Positions 28,081 to 42,600 of a stretch of DNA of 64,000 bases are shown here, piece after piece. The first letter of the stretch is position 1; each line of letters opens with the position of its first letter. This DNA comes from Auanema rhodensis (lineage: Eukaryota > Animalia > Nematoda). The notes beneath the pieces are model-generated. The model was not told where the DNA came from, searched no databases, and worked only from the letters and a program-made list of their open reading frames with translations. The stretch lies in contig OZ059896.1 of NCBI GenBank assembly GCA_964057225.1, positions 22,506,001 through 22,570,000 of the forward strand, given 5' to 3'. A program made the translations under genes and the position numbers.

Positions 28081-31000
28081 TTAAGCGTTTCTCAATGTAG
28101 TATAGTGCATTCGATGCGGATTTTTAAGCTGCGTCGATCTGTGTTATCAGATTTGCGCTAGCTTAAAAATGCACCGAGATATCAACTGATATAAGTTCAC
28201 ACTTATATCCTCGATTTTCACCCTGAAGAATTAATTTTTTCGTTGAATAACATTGTCCATCGTCTTTGCCTTGAAAAAAGGAATCTAAAAACATCTACTT
28301 TTTGCTAAATTATTCTGAAATTTTTCGAAAAAATTTTTGTCAAAATGTTTTTGGAAGCAATGTTGAGTGTACATGGAAACTCAACATACACTAATGCATC
28401 ATTTTTCAAACGATCATAACTAATTTTTGTATTAAGCGTTTCTCAATGTAGTATAGTGCATTCGATGCGGATTTTTAAGCTGCGTCGATCTGTGTTATCA
28501 GATTTGCGCTAGCTTAAAAATGCACCGAGATATCAACTGATATCTGTTCACACTTATATCCTCGATTTTCACCCTGAAGAATTAATTTTTTCGTTGAATA
28601 ACATTGTTAATCGTCTTTGCCTTGAAAAAAGGAATCTAAAAACATCTACTTTTTGCTAAATTATCCTGAAATTTTTCGAAAAAATTTTTGTCAAAATGTT
28701 TTTGGAAGCAATGTTGAGTGTACATGGAAACTCAACATACACTAATGCATCATTTTTCAAACAATCATAACTAATTTTTGTATTAAGCGTTTCTCAATGT
28801 AGTATAGTGCATTCGATGCGGATTTTTAAGCTGCGTCGATCTGTGTTATCAGATTTGCGCTAGCTTAAAAATGCACCGAGATATCAACTGATATAAGTTC
28901 ACACTTATATCCTCGATTTTCACCCTGAAGAATTAATTTTTTCGTTGAATAACATTGTCCATCGTCTTTGCCTTGAAAAAAGGAATCTAAAAACATCTAC
29001 TTTTTGCTAAATTATTCTGAAATTTTTCGAAAAAATTTTTGTCAAAATGTTTTTGGAAGCAATGTTGAGTGTACATGGAAACTCAACATACACTAATGCA
29101 TCATTTTTCAAACGATCATAAATAATTTTTGTATTAAGCGTTTCTCAATGTAGTATAGTGCATTCGATGCGGATTTTTAAGCTGCGTCGATCTGTGTTAT
29201 CAGATTTGCGCTAGCTTAAAAATGCACCGAGATATCAACTGATATCTGTTCACACTTATATCCTCGATTTTCACCCTGAAGAATTAATTTTTTCGTTGAA
29301 TAACATTGTTAATCGTCTTTGCCTTGAAAAAAGGAATCTAAAAACATCTACTTTTTGCTAAATTATCCTGAAATTTTTCGAAAAAATTTTTGTCAAAATG
29401 TTTTTGGAAGCAATGTTGAGTGTACATGGAAACTCAACATAGACTAATGCATCATTTTTCAAACAATCATAACTAATTTTTGTATTAAGCGTTTCTCAAT
29501 GTAGTATAGTGCATTCGATGCGGATTTTTAAGCTGCGTCGATCTGTGTTATCAGATTTGCGCTAGCTTGAAAATGCACCGAGATATCAACTGATATAAGT
29601 TCACACTTATATCCTCGATTTTCACCCTGAAGAATTAATTTTTTCGTTGAATAACATTGTCCATCGTCTTTGCCTTGAAAAAAGGAATCTAAAAACATCT
29701 ACTTTTTGCTAAATTATTTTGAAATTTTTCGAAAAAATTTTTGTCAAAATGTTTTTGGAAGCAATGTTGAGTGTACATGGAAACTCAACATACACTAATG
29801 CATCATTTTTCAAACGATCATAACTAATTTTTTCATTGAGCGTTTCTCAATGTAGTATAGTGCATTCGATGCGGATTTTCAAGCTGCGTCGATCTGTGTT
29901 ATCAGATTTGCGCTAGCTTGAAAATGCACCGAGATATCAACTGATATAAGTTCACACTTATATCCTCGATTTTCACCCTGAAGAATTAATTTTTTCGTTG
30001 AATAACATTGTCCATCGTCTTTGCCTTGAAAAAAGGAATCTAAAAACATCTACTTTTTGCTAAATTATTTTGAAATTTTTCGAAAAAATTTTTGTCAAAA
30101 TGTTTTTGGAAGCAATGTTGAGTGTACATGGAAACTCAACATACACTAATGCATCATTTTTCAAACAATCATAACTAATTTTTGTATTAAGCGTTTCTCA
30201 ATGTAGTATAGTGCATTCGATGCGGATTTTTAAGCTGCGTCGATCTGTGTTATCAGATTTGCGCTAGCTTAAAAATGCACCGAGATATCAACTGATATAA
30301 GTTCACACTTATATCCTCGATTTTCACCCTGAAGAATTAATTTTTTCGTTGAATAACATTGTCCATCGTCTTTGCCTTGAAAAAAGGAATCTAAAAACAT
30401 CTACTTTTTGCTAAATTATTCTGAAATTTTTCGAAAAAATTTTTGTCAAAATGTTTTTGGAAGCAATGTTGAGTGTACATGGAAACTCAACATACACTAA
30501 TGCATCATTTTTCAAACGATCATAAATAATTTTTGTATTAAGCGTTTCTCAATGTAGTATAGTGCATTCGATGCGGATTTTTAAGCTGCGTCGATCTGTG
30601 TTATCAGATTTGCGCTAGCTTAAAAATGCACCGAGATATCAACTGATATCTGTTCACACTTATATCCTCGATTTTCACCCTGAAGAATTAATTTTTTCGT
30701 TGAATAACATTGTTAATCGTCTTTGCCTTGAAAAAAGGAATCTAAAAACATCTACTTTTTGCTAAATTATCCTGAAATTTTTCGAAAAAATTTTTGTCAA
30801 AATGTTTTTGGAAGCAATGTTGAGTGTACATGGAAACTCAACATAGACTAATGCATCATTTTTCAAACAATCATAACTAATTTTTGTATTAAGCGTTTCT
30901 CAATGTAGTATAGTGCATTCGATGCGGATTTTTAAGCTGCGTCGATCTGTGTTATCAGATTTGCGCTAGCTTGAAAATGCACCGAGATATCAACTGATAT

Positions 31001-34000
31001 AAGTTCACACTTATATCCTCGATTTTCACCCTGAAGAATTAATTTTTTCGTTGAATAACATTGTCCATCGTCTTTGCCTTGAAAAAAGGAATCTAAAAAC
31101 ATCTACTTTTTGCTAAATTATTTTGAAATTTTTCGAAAAAATTTTTGTCAAAATGTTTTTGGAAGCAATGTTGAGTGTACATGGAAACTCAACATACACT
31201 AATGCATCATTTTTCAAACGATCATAACTAATTTTTTCATTGAGCGTTTCTCAATGTAGTATAGTGCATTCGATGCGGATTTTCAAGCTGCGTCGATCTG
31301 TGTTATCAGATTTGCGCTAGCTTGAAAATGCACCGAGATATCAACTGATATAAGTTCACACTTATATCCTCGATTTTCACCCTGAAGAATTAATTTTTTC
31401 GTTGAATAACATTGTCCATCGTCTTTGCCTTGAAAAAAGGAATCTAAAAACATCTACTTTTTGCTAAATTATTTTGAAATTTTTCGAAAAAATTTTTGTC
31501 AAAATGTTTTTGGAAGCAATGTTGAGTGTACATGGAAACTCAACATACACTAATGCATCATTTTTCAAACGATCATAACTAATTTTTTTATTAAGCGTTT
31601 CTCAATGTAGTATAGTGCATTCGATGCGGATTTTCAAGCTGCGTCGATCTGTGTTATCAGATTTGCGCTAGCTTGAAAATGCACCGAGATATCAACTGAT
31701 ATAAGTTCACACTTATATCCTCGATTTTCACCCTGAAGATTTAATTTTTTCGTTGAATAACATTGTCCATCGTCTTTGCCTTGAAAAAAGGAATCTAAAA
31801 ACATCTACTTTTTGCTAAATTATTTTGAAATTTTTCGAAAAAATTTTTGTCAAAATGTTTTTGGAAGCAATGTTGAGTGTACATGGAAACTCAACATACA
31901 CTAATGCATCATTTTTCAAACGATCATAACTAATTTTTTCATTAAGCGTTTCTCAATGTAGTATAGTGCATTCGATGCGGATTTTTAAGCTGCGTCGATC
32001 TGTGTTATCAGATTTGCGCTAGCTTAAAAATGCGCCGAGATATCAACTGATATAAGTTCACACTTATATCCTCGATTTTCACCCTGAAGATTTAATTTTT
32101 TCGTTGAATAACATTGTCCATCGTCTTTGCCTTGAAAAAAGGAATCTAAAAACATCTACTTTTTGCTAAATTATTTTGAAATTTTTCGAAAAAATTTTTG
32201 TCAAAATGTTTTTGGAAGCAATGTTGAGTGTACATGGAAACTCAACATACACTAATGCATCATTTTTCAAACGATCATAACTAATTTTTTCATTAAGCGT
32301 TTCTCAATGTAGTATAGTGCATTCGATGCGGATTTTTAAGCTGCGTCGATCTGTGTTATCAGATTTGCGCTAGCTTAAAAATGCACCGAGATATCAACTG
32401 ATATAAGTTCACACTTATATCCTCAATTTTCACCCTGAAGAATTAATTTTTTCGTAGAATAACATTGTCCATCGTCTTTGCCTTGAAAAAAGGAATCTAA
32501 AAACATCTACTTTTTGCTAAATTATTTTGAAATTTTTCGAAAAAATTTTTGTCAAAATGTTTTTGGAAGCAATGTTGAGTGTACATGGAAACTCAACATA
32601 CACTAATGCATCATGTTTCAAACGATCATAACTAATTTTTGTATTAAGCGTTTCTCAATGTAGTATAGTGCATTCGATGCGGATTTTTAAGCTGCGTCGA
32701 TCTGTGTTATCAGATTTGCGCTAGCTTGAAAATGCACCGAGATATCAACTGATATAAGTTCACACTTATATCCTCGATTTTCACCCTGAAGAATTTATTT
32801 TTTCGTTGAATAACATTGTCCATCGTTTTTGCCTTGAAAAAAGAAATCTAAAAACATCTACTTTTTGCTGAATTATTTTGAAATTTTTCGAAAAAATTTT
32901 TGTCAAAATGTTTTTGGAAGCAATGTTGATTGTACATGGAAACTCAACATACACTAATGCATCATTTTTCAAACGATCATAACTAATTTTTGTATTAAGC
33001 GTTTCTCAATGTAGTATAGTGCATTCGATGCGGATTTTTAAGCTGCGTCGATCTGTGTTATCAGATTTGCGCTAGCTTAAAAATGCACCGAGATATCAAC
33101 TGATATAAGTTCACACTTATATCCTCGATTTTCACCCTGAAGAATTAATTTTTTCGTTGAATAACATTGTCCATCGTCTTTGCCTTGAAAAAAGGAATCT
33201 AAAAACATCTACTTTTTGCTAAATTATTCTGAAATTTTTCGAAAAAATTTTTGTCAAAATGTTTTTGGAAGCAATGTTGAGTGTACATGGAAACTCAACA
33301 TACACTAATGCATCATTTTTCAAACGATCATAACTAATTTTTGTATTAAGCGTTTCTCAATGTAGTATAGTGCATTCGATGCGGATTTTTAAGCTGCGTC
33401 GATCTGTGTTATCAGATTTGCGCTAGCTTAAAAATGCACCGAGATATCAACTGATATCTGTTCACACTTATATCCTCGATTTTCACCCTGAAGAATTAAT
33501 TTTTTCGTTGAATAACATTGTTAATCGTCTTTGCCTTGAAAAAAGGAATCTAAAAACATCTACTTTTTGCTAAATTATCCCGAAATTTTTCGAAAAAATT
33601 TTTGTCAAAATGTTTTTGGAAGCAATGTTGAGTGTACATGGAAACTCAACATACACTAATGCATCATTTTTCAAACAATCATAACTAATTTTTGTATTAA
33701 GCGTTTCTCAATGTAGTATAGTGCATTCGATGCGGATTTTTAAGCTGCGTCGATCTGTGTTATCAGATTTGCGCTAGCTTAAAAATGCACCGAGATATCA
33801 ACTGATATAAGTTCACACTTATATCCTCGATTTTCACCCTGAAGAATTAATTTTTTCGTTGAATAACATTGTCCATCGTCTTTGCCTTGAAAAAAGGAAT
33901 CTAAAAACATCTACTTTTTGCTAAATTATTCTGAAATTTTTCGAAAAAATTTTTGTCAAAATGTTTTTGGAAGCAATGTTGAGTGTACATGGAAACTCAA

Positions 34001-37000
34001 CATACACTAATGCATCATTTTTCAAACGATCATAAATAATTTTTGTATTAAGCGTTTCTCAATGTAGTATAGTGCATTCGATGCGGATTTTTAAGCTGCG
34101 TCGATCTGTGTTATCAGATTTGCGCTAGCTTAAAAATGCACCGAGATATCAACTGATATCTGTTCACACTTATATCCTCGATTTTCACCCTGAAGAATTA
34201 ATTTTTTCGTTGAATAACATTGTTAATCGTCTTTGCCTTGAAAAAAGGAATCTAAAAACATCTACTTTTTGCTAAATTATCCTGAAATTTTTCGAAAAAA
34301 TTTTTGTCAAAATGTTTTTGGAAGCAATGTTGAGTGTACATGGAAACTCAACATAGACTAATGCATCATTTTTCAAACAATCATAACTAATTTTTGTATT
34401 AAGCGTTTCTCAATGTAGTATAGTGCATTCGATGCGGATTTTTAAGCTGCGTCGATCTGTGTTATCAGATTTGCGCTAGCTTGAAAATGCACCGAGATAT
34501 CAACTGATATAAGTTCACACTTATATCCTCGATTTTCACCCTGAAGAATTAATTTTTTCGTTGAATTACATTGTCCATCGTCTTTGCCTTGAAAAAAGGA
34601 ATCTAAAAACATCTACTTTTTGCTAAATTATTTTGAAATTTTTCGAAAAAATTTTTGTCAAAATGTTTTTGGAAGCAATGTTGAGTGTACATGGAAACTC
34701 AACATACACTAATGCATCATTTTTCAAACGATCATAACTAATTTTTTCATTGAGCGTTTCTCAATGTAGTATAGTGCATTCGATGCGGATTTTCAAGCTG
34801 CGTCGATCTGTGTTATCAGATTTGCGCTAGCTTGAAAATGCACCGAGATATCAACTGATATAAGTTCACACTTATATCCTCGATTTTCACCCTGAAGAAT
34901 TAATTTTTTCGTTGAATAACATTGTCCATCGTCTTTGCCTTGAAAAAAGGAATCTAAAAACATCTACTTTTTGCTAAATTATTTTGAAATTTTTCGAAAA
35001 AATTTTTGTCAAAATGTTTTTGGAAGCAATGTTGAGTGTACATGGAAACTCAACATACACTAATGCATCATTTTTCAAACAATCATAACTAATTTTTGTA
35101 TTAAGCGTTTCTCAATGTAGTATAGTGCATTCGATGCGGATTTTTAAGCTGCGTCGATCTGTGTTATCAGATTTGCGCTAGCTTAAAAATGCACCGAGAT
35201 ATCAACTGATATAAGTTCACACTTATATCCTCGATTTTCACCCTGAAGAATTAATTTTTTCGTTGAATAACATTGTCCATCGTCTTTGCCTTGAAAAAAG
35301 GAATCTAAAAACATCTACTTTTTGCTAAATTATTCTGAAATTTTTCGAAAAAATTTTTGTCAAAATGTTTTTGGAAGCAATGTTGAGTGTACATGGAAAC
35401 TCAACATACACTAATGCATCATTTTTCAAACGATCATAACTAATTTTTTCATTAAGCGTTTCTCAATGTAGTATAGTGCATTCGATGCGGATTTTTAAGC
35501 TGCGTCGATCTGTGTTATCAGATTTGCGCTAGCTTAAAAATGCACCGAGATATCAACTGATATCTGTTCACACTTATATCCTCGATTTTCACCCTGAAGA
35601 ATTAATTTTTTCGTTGAATAACATTGTTAATCGTCTTTGCCTTGAAAAAAGGAATCTAAAAACATCTACTTTTTGCTAAATTATCCCGAAATTTTTCGAA
35701 AAAATTTTTGTCAAAATGTTTTTGGAAGCAATGTTGAGTGTACATGGAAACTCAACATACACTAATGCATCATTTTTCAAACAATCATAACTAATTTTTG
35801 TATTAAGCGTTTCTCAATGTAGTATAGTGCATTCGATGCGGATTTTTAAGCTGCGTCGATCTGTGTTATCAGATTTGCGCTAGCTTAAAAATGCACCGAG
35901 ATATCAACTGATATAAGTTCACACTTATATCCTCGATTTTCACCCTGAAGAATTAATTTTTTCGTTGAATAACATTGTCCATCGTCTTTGCCTTGAAAAA
36001 AGGAATCTAAAAACATCTACTTTTTGCTAAATTATTCTGAAATTTTTCGAAAAAATTTTTGTCAAAATGTTTTTGGAAGCAATGTTGAGTGTACATGGAA
36101 ACTCAACATACACTAATGCATCATTTTTCAAACGATCATAAATAATTTTTGTATTAAGCGTTTCTCAATGTAGTATAGTGCATTCGATGCGGATTTTTAA
36201 GCTGCGTCGATCTGTGTTATCAGATTTGCGCTAGCTTAAAAATGCACCGAGATATCAACTGATATCTGTTCACACTTATATCCTCGATTTTCACCCTGAA
36301 GAATTAATTTTTTCGTTGAATAACATTGTTAATCGTCTTTGCCTTGAAAAAAGGAATCTAAAAACATCTACTTTTTGCTAAATTATCCTGAAATTTTTCG
36401 AAAAAATTTTTGTCAAAATGTTTTTGGAAGCAATGTTGAGTGTACATGGAAACTCAACATAGACTAATGCATCATTTTTCAAACAATCATAACTAATTTT
36501 TGTATTAAGCGTTTCTCAATGTAGTATAGTGCATTCGATGCGGATTTTTAAGCTGCGTCGATCTGTGTTATCAGATTTGCGCTAGCTTGAAAATGCACCG
36601 AGATATCAACTGATATAAGTTCACACTTATATCCTCGATTTTCACCCTGAAGAATTAATTTTTTCGTTGAATTACATTGTCCATCGTCTTTGCCTTGAAA
36701 AAAGGAATCTAAAAACATCTACTTTTTGCTAAATTATTTTGAAATTTTTCGAAAAAATTTTTGTCAAAATGTTTTTGGAAGCAATGTTGAGTGTACATGG
36801 AAACTCAACATACACTAATGCATCATTTTTCAAACGATCATAACTAATTTTTTCATTGAGCGTTTCTCAATGTAGTATAGTGCATTCGATGCGGATTTTC
36901 AAGCTGCGTCGATCTGTGTTATCAGATTTGCGCTAGCTTGAAAATGCACCGAGATATCAACTGATATAAGTTCACACTTATATCCTCGATTTTCACCCTG

Positions 37001-39663
37001 AAGAATTAATTTTTTCGTTGAATAACATTGTCCATCGTCTTTGCCTTGAAAAAAGGAATCTAAAAACATCTACTTTTTGCTAAATTATTTTGAAATTTTT
37101 CGAAAAAATTTTTGTCAAAATGTTTTTGGAAGCAATGTTGAGTGTACATGGAAACTCAACATACACTAATGCATCATTTTTCAAACAATCATAACTAATT
37201 TTTGTATTAAGCGTTTCTCAATGTAGTATAGTGCATTCGATGCGGATTTTTAAGCTGCGTCGATCTGTGTTATCAGATTTGCGCTAGCTTAAAAATGCAC
37301 CGAGATATCAACTGATATAAGTTCACACTTATATCCTCGATTTTCACCCTGAAGAATTAATTTTTTCGTTGAATAACATTGTCCATCGTCTTTGCCTTGA
37401 AAAAAGGAATCTAAAAACATCTACTTTTTGCTAAATTATTCTGAAATTTTTCGAAAAAATTTTTGTCAAAATGTTTTTGGAAGCAATGTTGAGTGTACAT
37501 GGAAACTCAACATACACTAATGCATCATTTTTCAAACGATCATAAATAATTTTTGTATTAAGCGTTTCTCAATGTAGTATAGTGCATTCGATGCGGATTT
37601 TTAAGCTGCGTCGATCTGTGTTATCAGATTTGCGCTAGCTTAAAAATGCACCGAGATATCAACTGATATCTGTTCACACTTATATCCTCGATTTTCACCC
37701 TGAAGAATTAATTTTTTCGTTGAATAACATTGTTAATCGTCTTTGCCTTGAAAAAAGGAATCTAAAAACATCTACTTTTTGCTAAATTATCCTGAAATTT
37801 TTCGAAAAAATTTTTGTCAAAATGTTTTTGGAAGCAATGTTGAGTGTACATGGAAACTCAACATAGACTAATGCATCATTTTTCAAACAATCATAACTAA
37901 TTTTTGTATTAAGCGTTTCTCAATGTAGTATAGTGCATTCGATGCGGATTTTTAAGCTGCGTCGATCTGTGTTATCAGATTTGCGCTAGCTTGAAAATGC
38001 ACCGAGATATCAACTGATATAAGTTCACACTTATATCCTCGATTTTCACCCTGAAGAATTAATTTTTTCGTTGAATAACATTGTCCATCGTCTTTGCCTT
38101 GAAAAAAGGAATCTAAAAACATCTACTTTTTGCTAAATTATTTTGAAATTTTTCGAAAAAATTTTTGTCAAAATGTTTTTGGAAGCAATGTTGAGTGTAC
38201 ATGGAAACTCAACATACACTAATGCATCATTTTTCAAACGATCATAACTAATTTTTTCATTGAGCGTTTCTCAATGTAGTATAGTGCATTCGATGCGGAT
38301 TTTCAAGCTGCGTCGATCTGTGTTATCAGATTTGCGCTAGCTTGAAAATGCACCGAGATATCAACTGATATAAGTTCACACTTATATCCTCGATTTTCAC
38401 CCTGAAGAATTAATTTTTTCGTTGAATAACATTGTCCATCGTCTTTGCCTTGAAAAAAGGAATCTAAAAACATCTACTTTTTGCTAAATTATTTTGAAAT
38501 TTTTCGAAAAAATTTTTGTCAAAATGTTTTTGGAAGCAATGTTGAGTGTACATGGAAACTCAACATACACTAATGCATCATTTTTCAAACGATCATAACT
38601 AATTTTTTTATTAAGCGTTTCTCAATGTAGTATAGTGCATTCGATGCGGATTTTCAAGCTGCGTCGATCTGTGTTATCAGATTTGCGCTAGCTTGAAAAT
38701 GCACCGAGATATCAACTGATATAAGTTCACACTTATATCCTCGATTTTCACCCTGAAGATTTAATTTTTTCGTTGAATAACATTGTCCATCGTCTTTGCC
38801 TTGAAAAAAGGAATCTAAAAACATCTACTTTTTGCTAAATTATTTTGAAATTTTTCGAAAAAATTTTTGTCAAAATGTTTTTGGAAGCAATGTTGAGTGT
38901 ACATGGAAACTCAACATACACTAATGCATCATTTTTCAAACGATCATAACTAATTTTTTCATTAAGCGTTTCTCAATGTAGTATAGTGCATTCGATGCGG
39001 ATTTTTAAGCTGCGTCGATCTGTGTTATCAGATTTGCGCTAGCTTAAAAATGCACCGAGATATCAACTGATATAAGTTCACACTTATATCCTCGATTTTC
39101 ACCCTGAAGATTTAATTTTTTCGTTGAATAACATTGTCCATCGTCTTTGCCTTGAAAAAAGGAATCTAAAAACATCTACTTTTTGCTAAATTATTTTGAA
39201 ATTTTTCGAAAAAATTTTTGTCAAAATGTTTTTGGAAGCAATGTTGAGTGTACATGGAAACTCAACATACACTAATGCATCATTTTTCAAACGATCATAA
39301 CTAATTTTTTCATTAAGCGTTTCTCAATGTAGTATAGTGCATTCGATGCGGATTTTTAAGCTGCGTCGATCTGTGTTATCAGATTTGCGCTAGCTTAAAA
39401 ATGCACCGAGATATCAACTGATATAAGTTCACACTTATATCCTCAATTTTCACCCTGAAGAATTAATTTTTTCGTAGAATAACATTGTCCATCGTCTTTG
39501 CCTTGAAAAAAGGAATCTAAAAACATCTACTTTTTGCTAAATTATTTTGAAATTTTTCGAAAAAATTTTTGTCAAAATGTTTTTGGAAGCAATGTTGAGT
39601 GTACATGGAAACTCAACATACACTAATGCATCATGTTTCAAACGATCATAACTAATTTTTGTA
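28081..39663. repeat. Variant domain 4: nested 4-, 6-, 14- and 20-monomer repeats
   Basis: Markers: GATATCTG, TGTTAATC, CATAAATAAT, CATAGACT, CATTGAG, GAAGATT. Block 28081-32643 matches 35101-39663, and 32995-35100 matches 35101-37206 (shared ATCCCG and GAATTACA). Confidence 0.8.
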
Positions 39664-42600
39664 TTAAGCGTTTCTCAATGTAGTATAGTGCATTCGATGC
39701 GGATTTTTAAGCTGCGTCGATCTGTGTTATCAGATTTGCGCTAGCTTAAAAATGCACCGAGATATCAACTGATATAAGTTCACACTTATATCCTCGATTT
39801 TCACCCTGAAGAATTAATTTTTTCGTTGAATAACATTGTTAATCGTCTTTGCCTTGAAAAAAGGAATCTAAAAACATCTACTTTTTGCTAAATTATCCTG
39901 AAATTTTTCGAAAAAATTTTTGTCAAAATGTTTTTGGAAGCAATGTTGAGTGTACATGGAAACTCAACATACACTAATGCATCATTTTTCAAACAATCAT
40001 AACTAATTTTTGTATTAAGCGTTTCTCAATGTAGTATAGTGCATTCGATGCGGATTTTTAAGCTGCGTCGATCTGTGTTATCAGATTTGCGCTAGCTTGA
40101 AAATGCACCGAGATATCAACTGATATAAGTTCACACTTATATCCTCGATTTTCACCCTGAAGAATTAATTTTTTCGTTGAATAACATTGTCCATCGTCTT
40201 TGCCTTGAAAAAAGGAATCTAAAAACATCTACTTTTTGCTAAATTATTTTGAAATTTTTCGAAAAAATTTTTGTCAAAATGTTTTTGGAAGCAATGTTGA
40301 GTGTACATGGAAACTCAACATACACTAATGCATCATTTTTCAAACGATCATAACTAATTTTTTCATTAAGCGTTTCTCAATGTAGTATAGTGCATTCGAT
40401 GCGGATTTTCAAGCTGCGTCGATCTGTGTTATCAGATTTGCGCTAGCTTGAAAATGCACCGAGATATCAACTGATATAAGTTCACACTTATATCCTCGAT
40501 TTTCACCCTGAAGAATTAATTTTTTCGTTGAATAACATTGTCCATCGTCTTTGCCTTGAAAAAAGGAATCTAAAAACATCTACTTTTTGCTAAATTATTT
40601 TGAAATTTTTCGAAAAAATTTTTGTCAAAATGTTTTTGGAAGCAATGTTGAGTGTACATGGAAACTCAACATACACTAATGCATCATTTTTCAAACGATC
40701 ATAACTAATTTTTTTATTAAGCGTTTCTCAATGTAGTATAGTGCATTCGATGCGGATTTTCAAGCTGCGTCGATCTGTGTTATCAGATTTGCGCTAGCTT
40801 GAAAATGAACCGAGATATCAACTGATATAAGTTCACACTTATATCCTCGATTTTCACCCTGAAGAATTAATTTTTTCGTTGAATAACATGGTCCATCGTC
40901 TTTGCCTTGAAAAAAGGAATCTAAAAACATCTACTTTTTGCTAAATTATTTTGAAATTTTTCGAAAAAATTTTTGTCAAAATGTTTTTGGAAGCAATGTT
41001 GAGTGTACATGGAAACTCAACATACACTAATGCATCATTTTTCAAACGATCATAACTAATTTTTTCATTAAGCGTTTCTCAATGTAGTATAGTGCATTCG
41101 ATGCGGATTTTTAAGCTGCGTCGATCTGTGTTATCAGATTTGCGCTAGCTTAAAAATGCACCGAGATATCAACTGATATAAGTTCACACTTATATCCTCA
41201 ATTTTCACCCTGAAGAATTAATTTTTTCGTAGAATAACATTGTCCATCGTCTTTGCCTTGAAAAAAGGAATCTAAAAACATCTACTTCTTGCTAAATTAT
41301 TTTGAAATTTTTCGAAAAAATTTTTGTCAAAATGTTTTTGGAAGCAATGTTGAGTGTACATGGAAACTCAACATACACTAATGCATCATTTTTCAAACGA
41401 TCATAACTAATTTTTTCATTAAGCGTTTCTCAATGTAGTATAGTGCATTCGATGCGGATTTTTAAGCTGCGTCGATCTGTGTTATCAGATTTGCGCTAGC
41501 TTAAAAATGCACCGAGATATCAACTCATATAAGTTCACACTTATATCCTCAATTTTCACCCTGAAGAATTAATTTTTTCGTAGAATAACATTGTCCATCG
41601 TCTTTGCCTTGAAAAAAGGAATCTAAAAACATCTACTTCTTGCTAAATTATTTTGAAATTTTTCGAAAAAATTTTTGTCAAAATGTTTTTGGAAGCAATG
41701 TTGAGTGTACATGGAAACTCAACATACACTAATGCATCATGTTTCAAACGATCATAACTAATTTTTGTATTTAGCGTTTCTCAATGTAGTATAGTGCATT
41801 CGATGCGGATTTTTAAGCTGCGTCGATCTGTGTTATCAGATTTGCGCTAGCTTGAAAATGCACCGAGATATCAACTGATATAAGTTCACACTTATATCCT
41901 CGATTTTCACCCTGAAGAATCAATTTTTTCGTTGAATAACATTGTCCATCGTCTTTGCCTTGAAAAAAGGAATCTAAAAACATCTACTTTTTGCTAAATT
42001 ATTTCGAAATTTTTCGAAAAAATTTTTGTCAAAATGTTTTTGGAAGCAATGTTGAGTGTACATGGAAACTCAACATACACTAATGCATCATTTTTCAAAC
42101 GATCATAACTAATTTTTTCATTAAGCGTTTCTCAATGTAGTATAGTGCATTCGATGCGGATTTTTAAGCTGCGTCGATCTGTGTTATCAGATTTGCGCTA
42201 GCTTAAAAATGCACCGAGATATCAACTGATATAAGTTCACACTTATATCCTCAATTTTCACCCTGAAGAATTAATTTTTTCGTAGAATAACATTGTCCAT
42301 CGTCTTTGCCTTGAAAAAAGGAATCTAAAAACATCTACTTTTTGCTAAATTATTTTGAAATTTTTCGAAAAAATTTTTGTCAAAATGTTTTTGGAAGCAA
42401 TGTTGAGTGTACATGGAAACTCAACATACACTAATGCATCATGTTTCAAACGATCATAACTAATTTTTGTATTAAGCGTTTCTCAATGTAGTATAGTGCA
42501 TTCGATGCGGATTTTTAAGCTGCGTCGATCTGTGTTATCAGATTTGCGCTAGCTTAAAAATGCACCGAGATATCAACTGATATAAGTTCACACTTATATC

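Noticed and set aside
10668-32972. Four 63-aa minus-strand ORFs (MKNDALVYVEF...)
   Set aside because: They lie inside satellite monomers and exist only where one SNP (GCTAAAT to GCTGAAT) changes TAG to CAG. Nearly all other monomers have the stop, and there is no recognisable domain.
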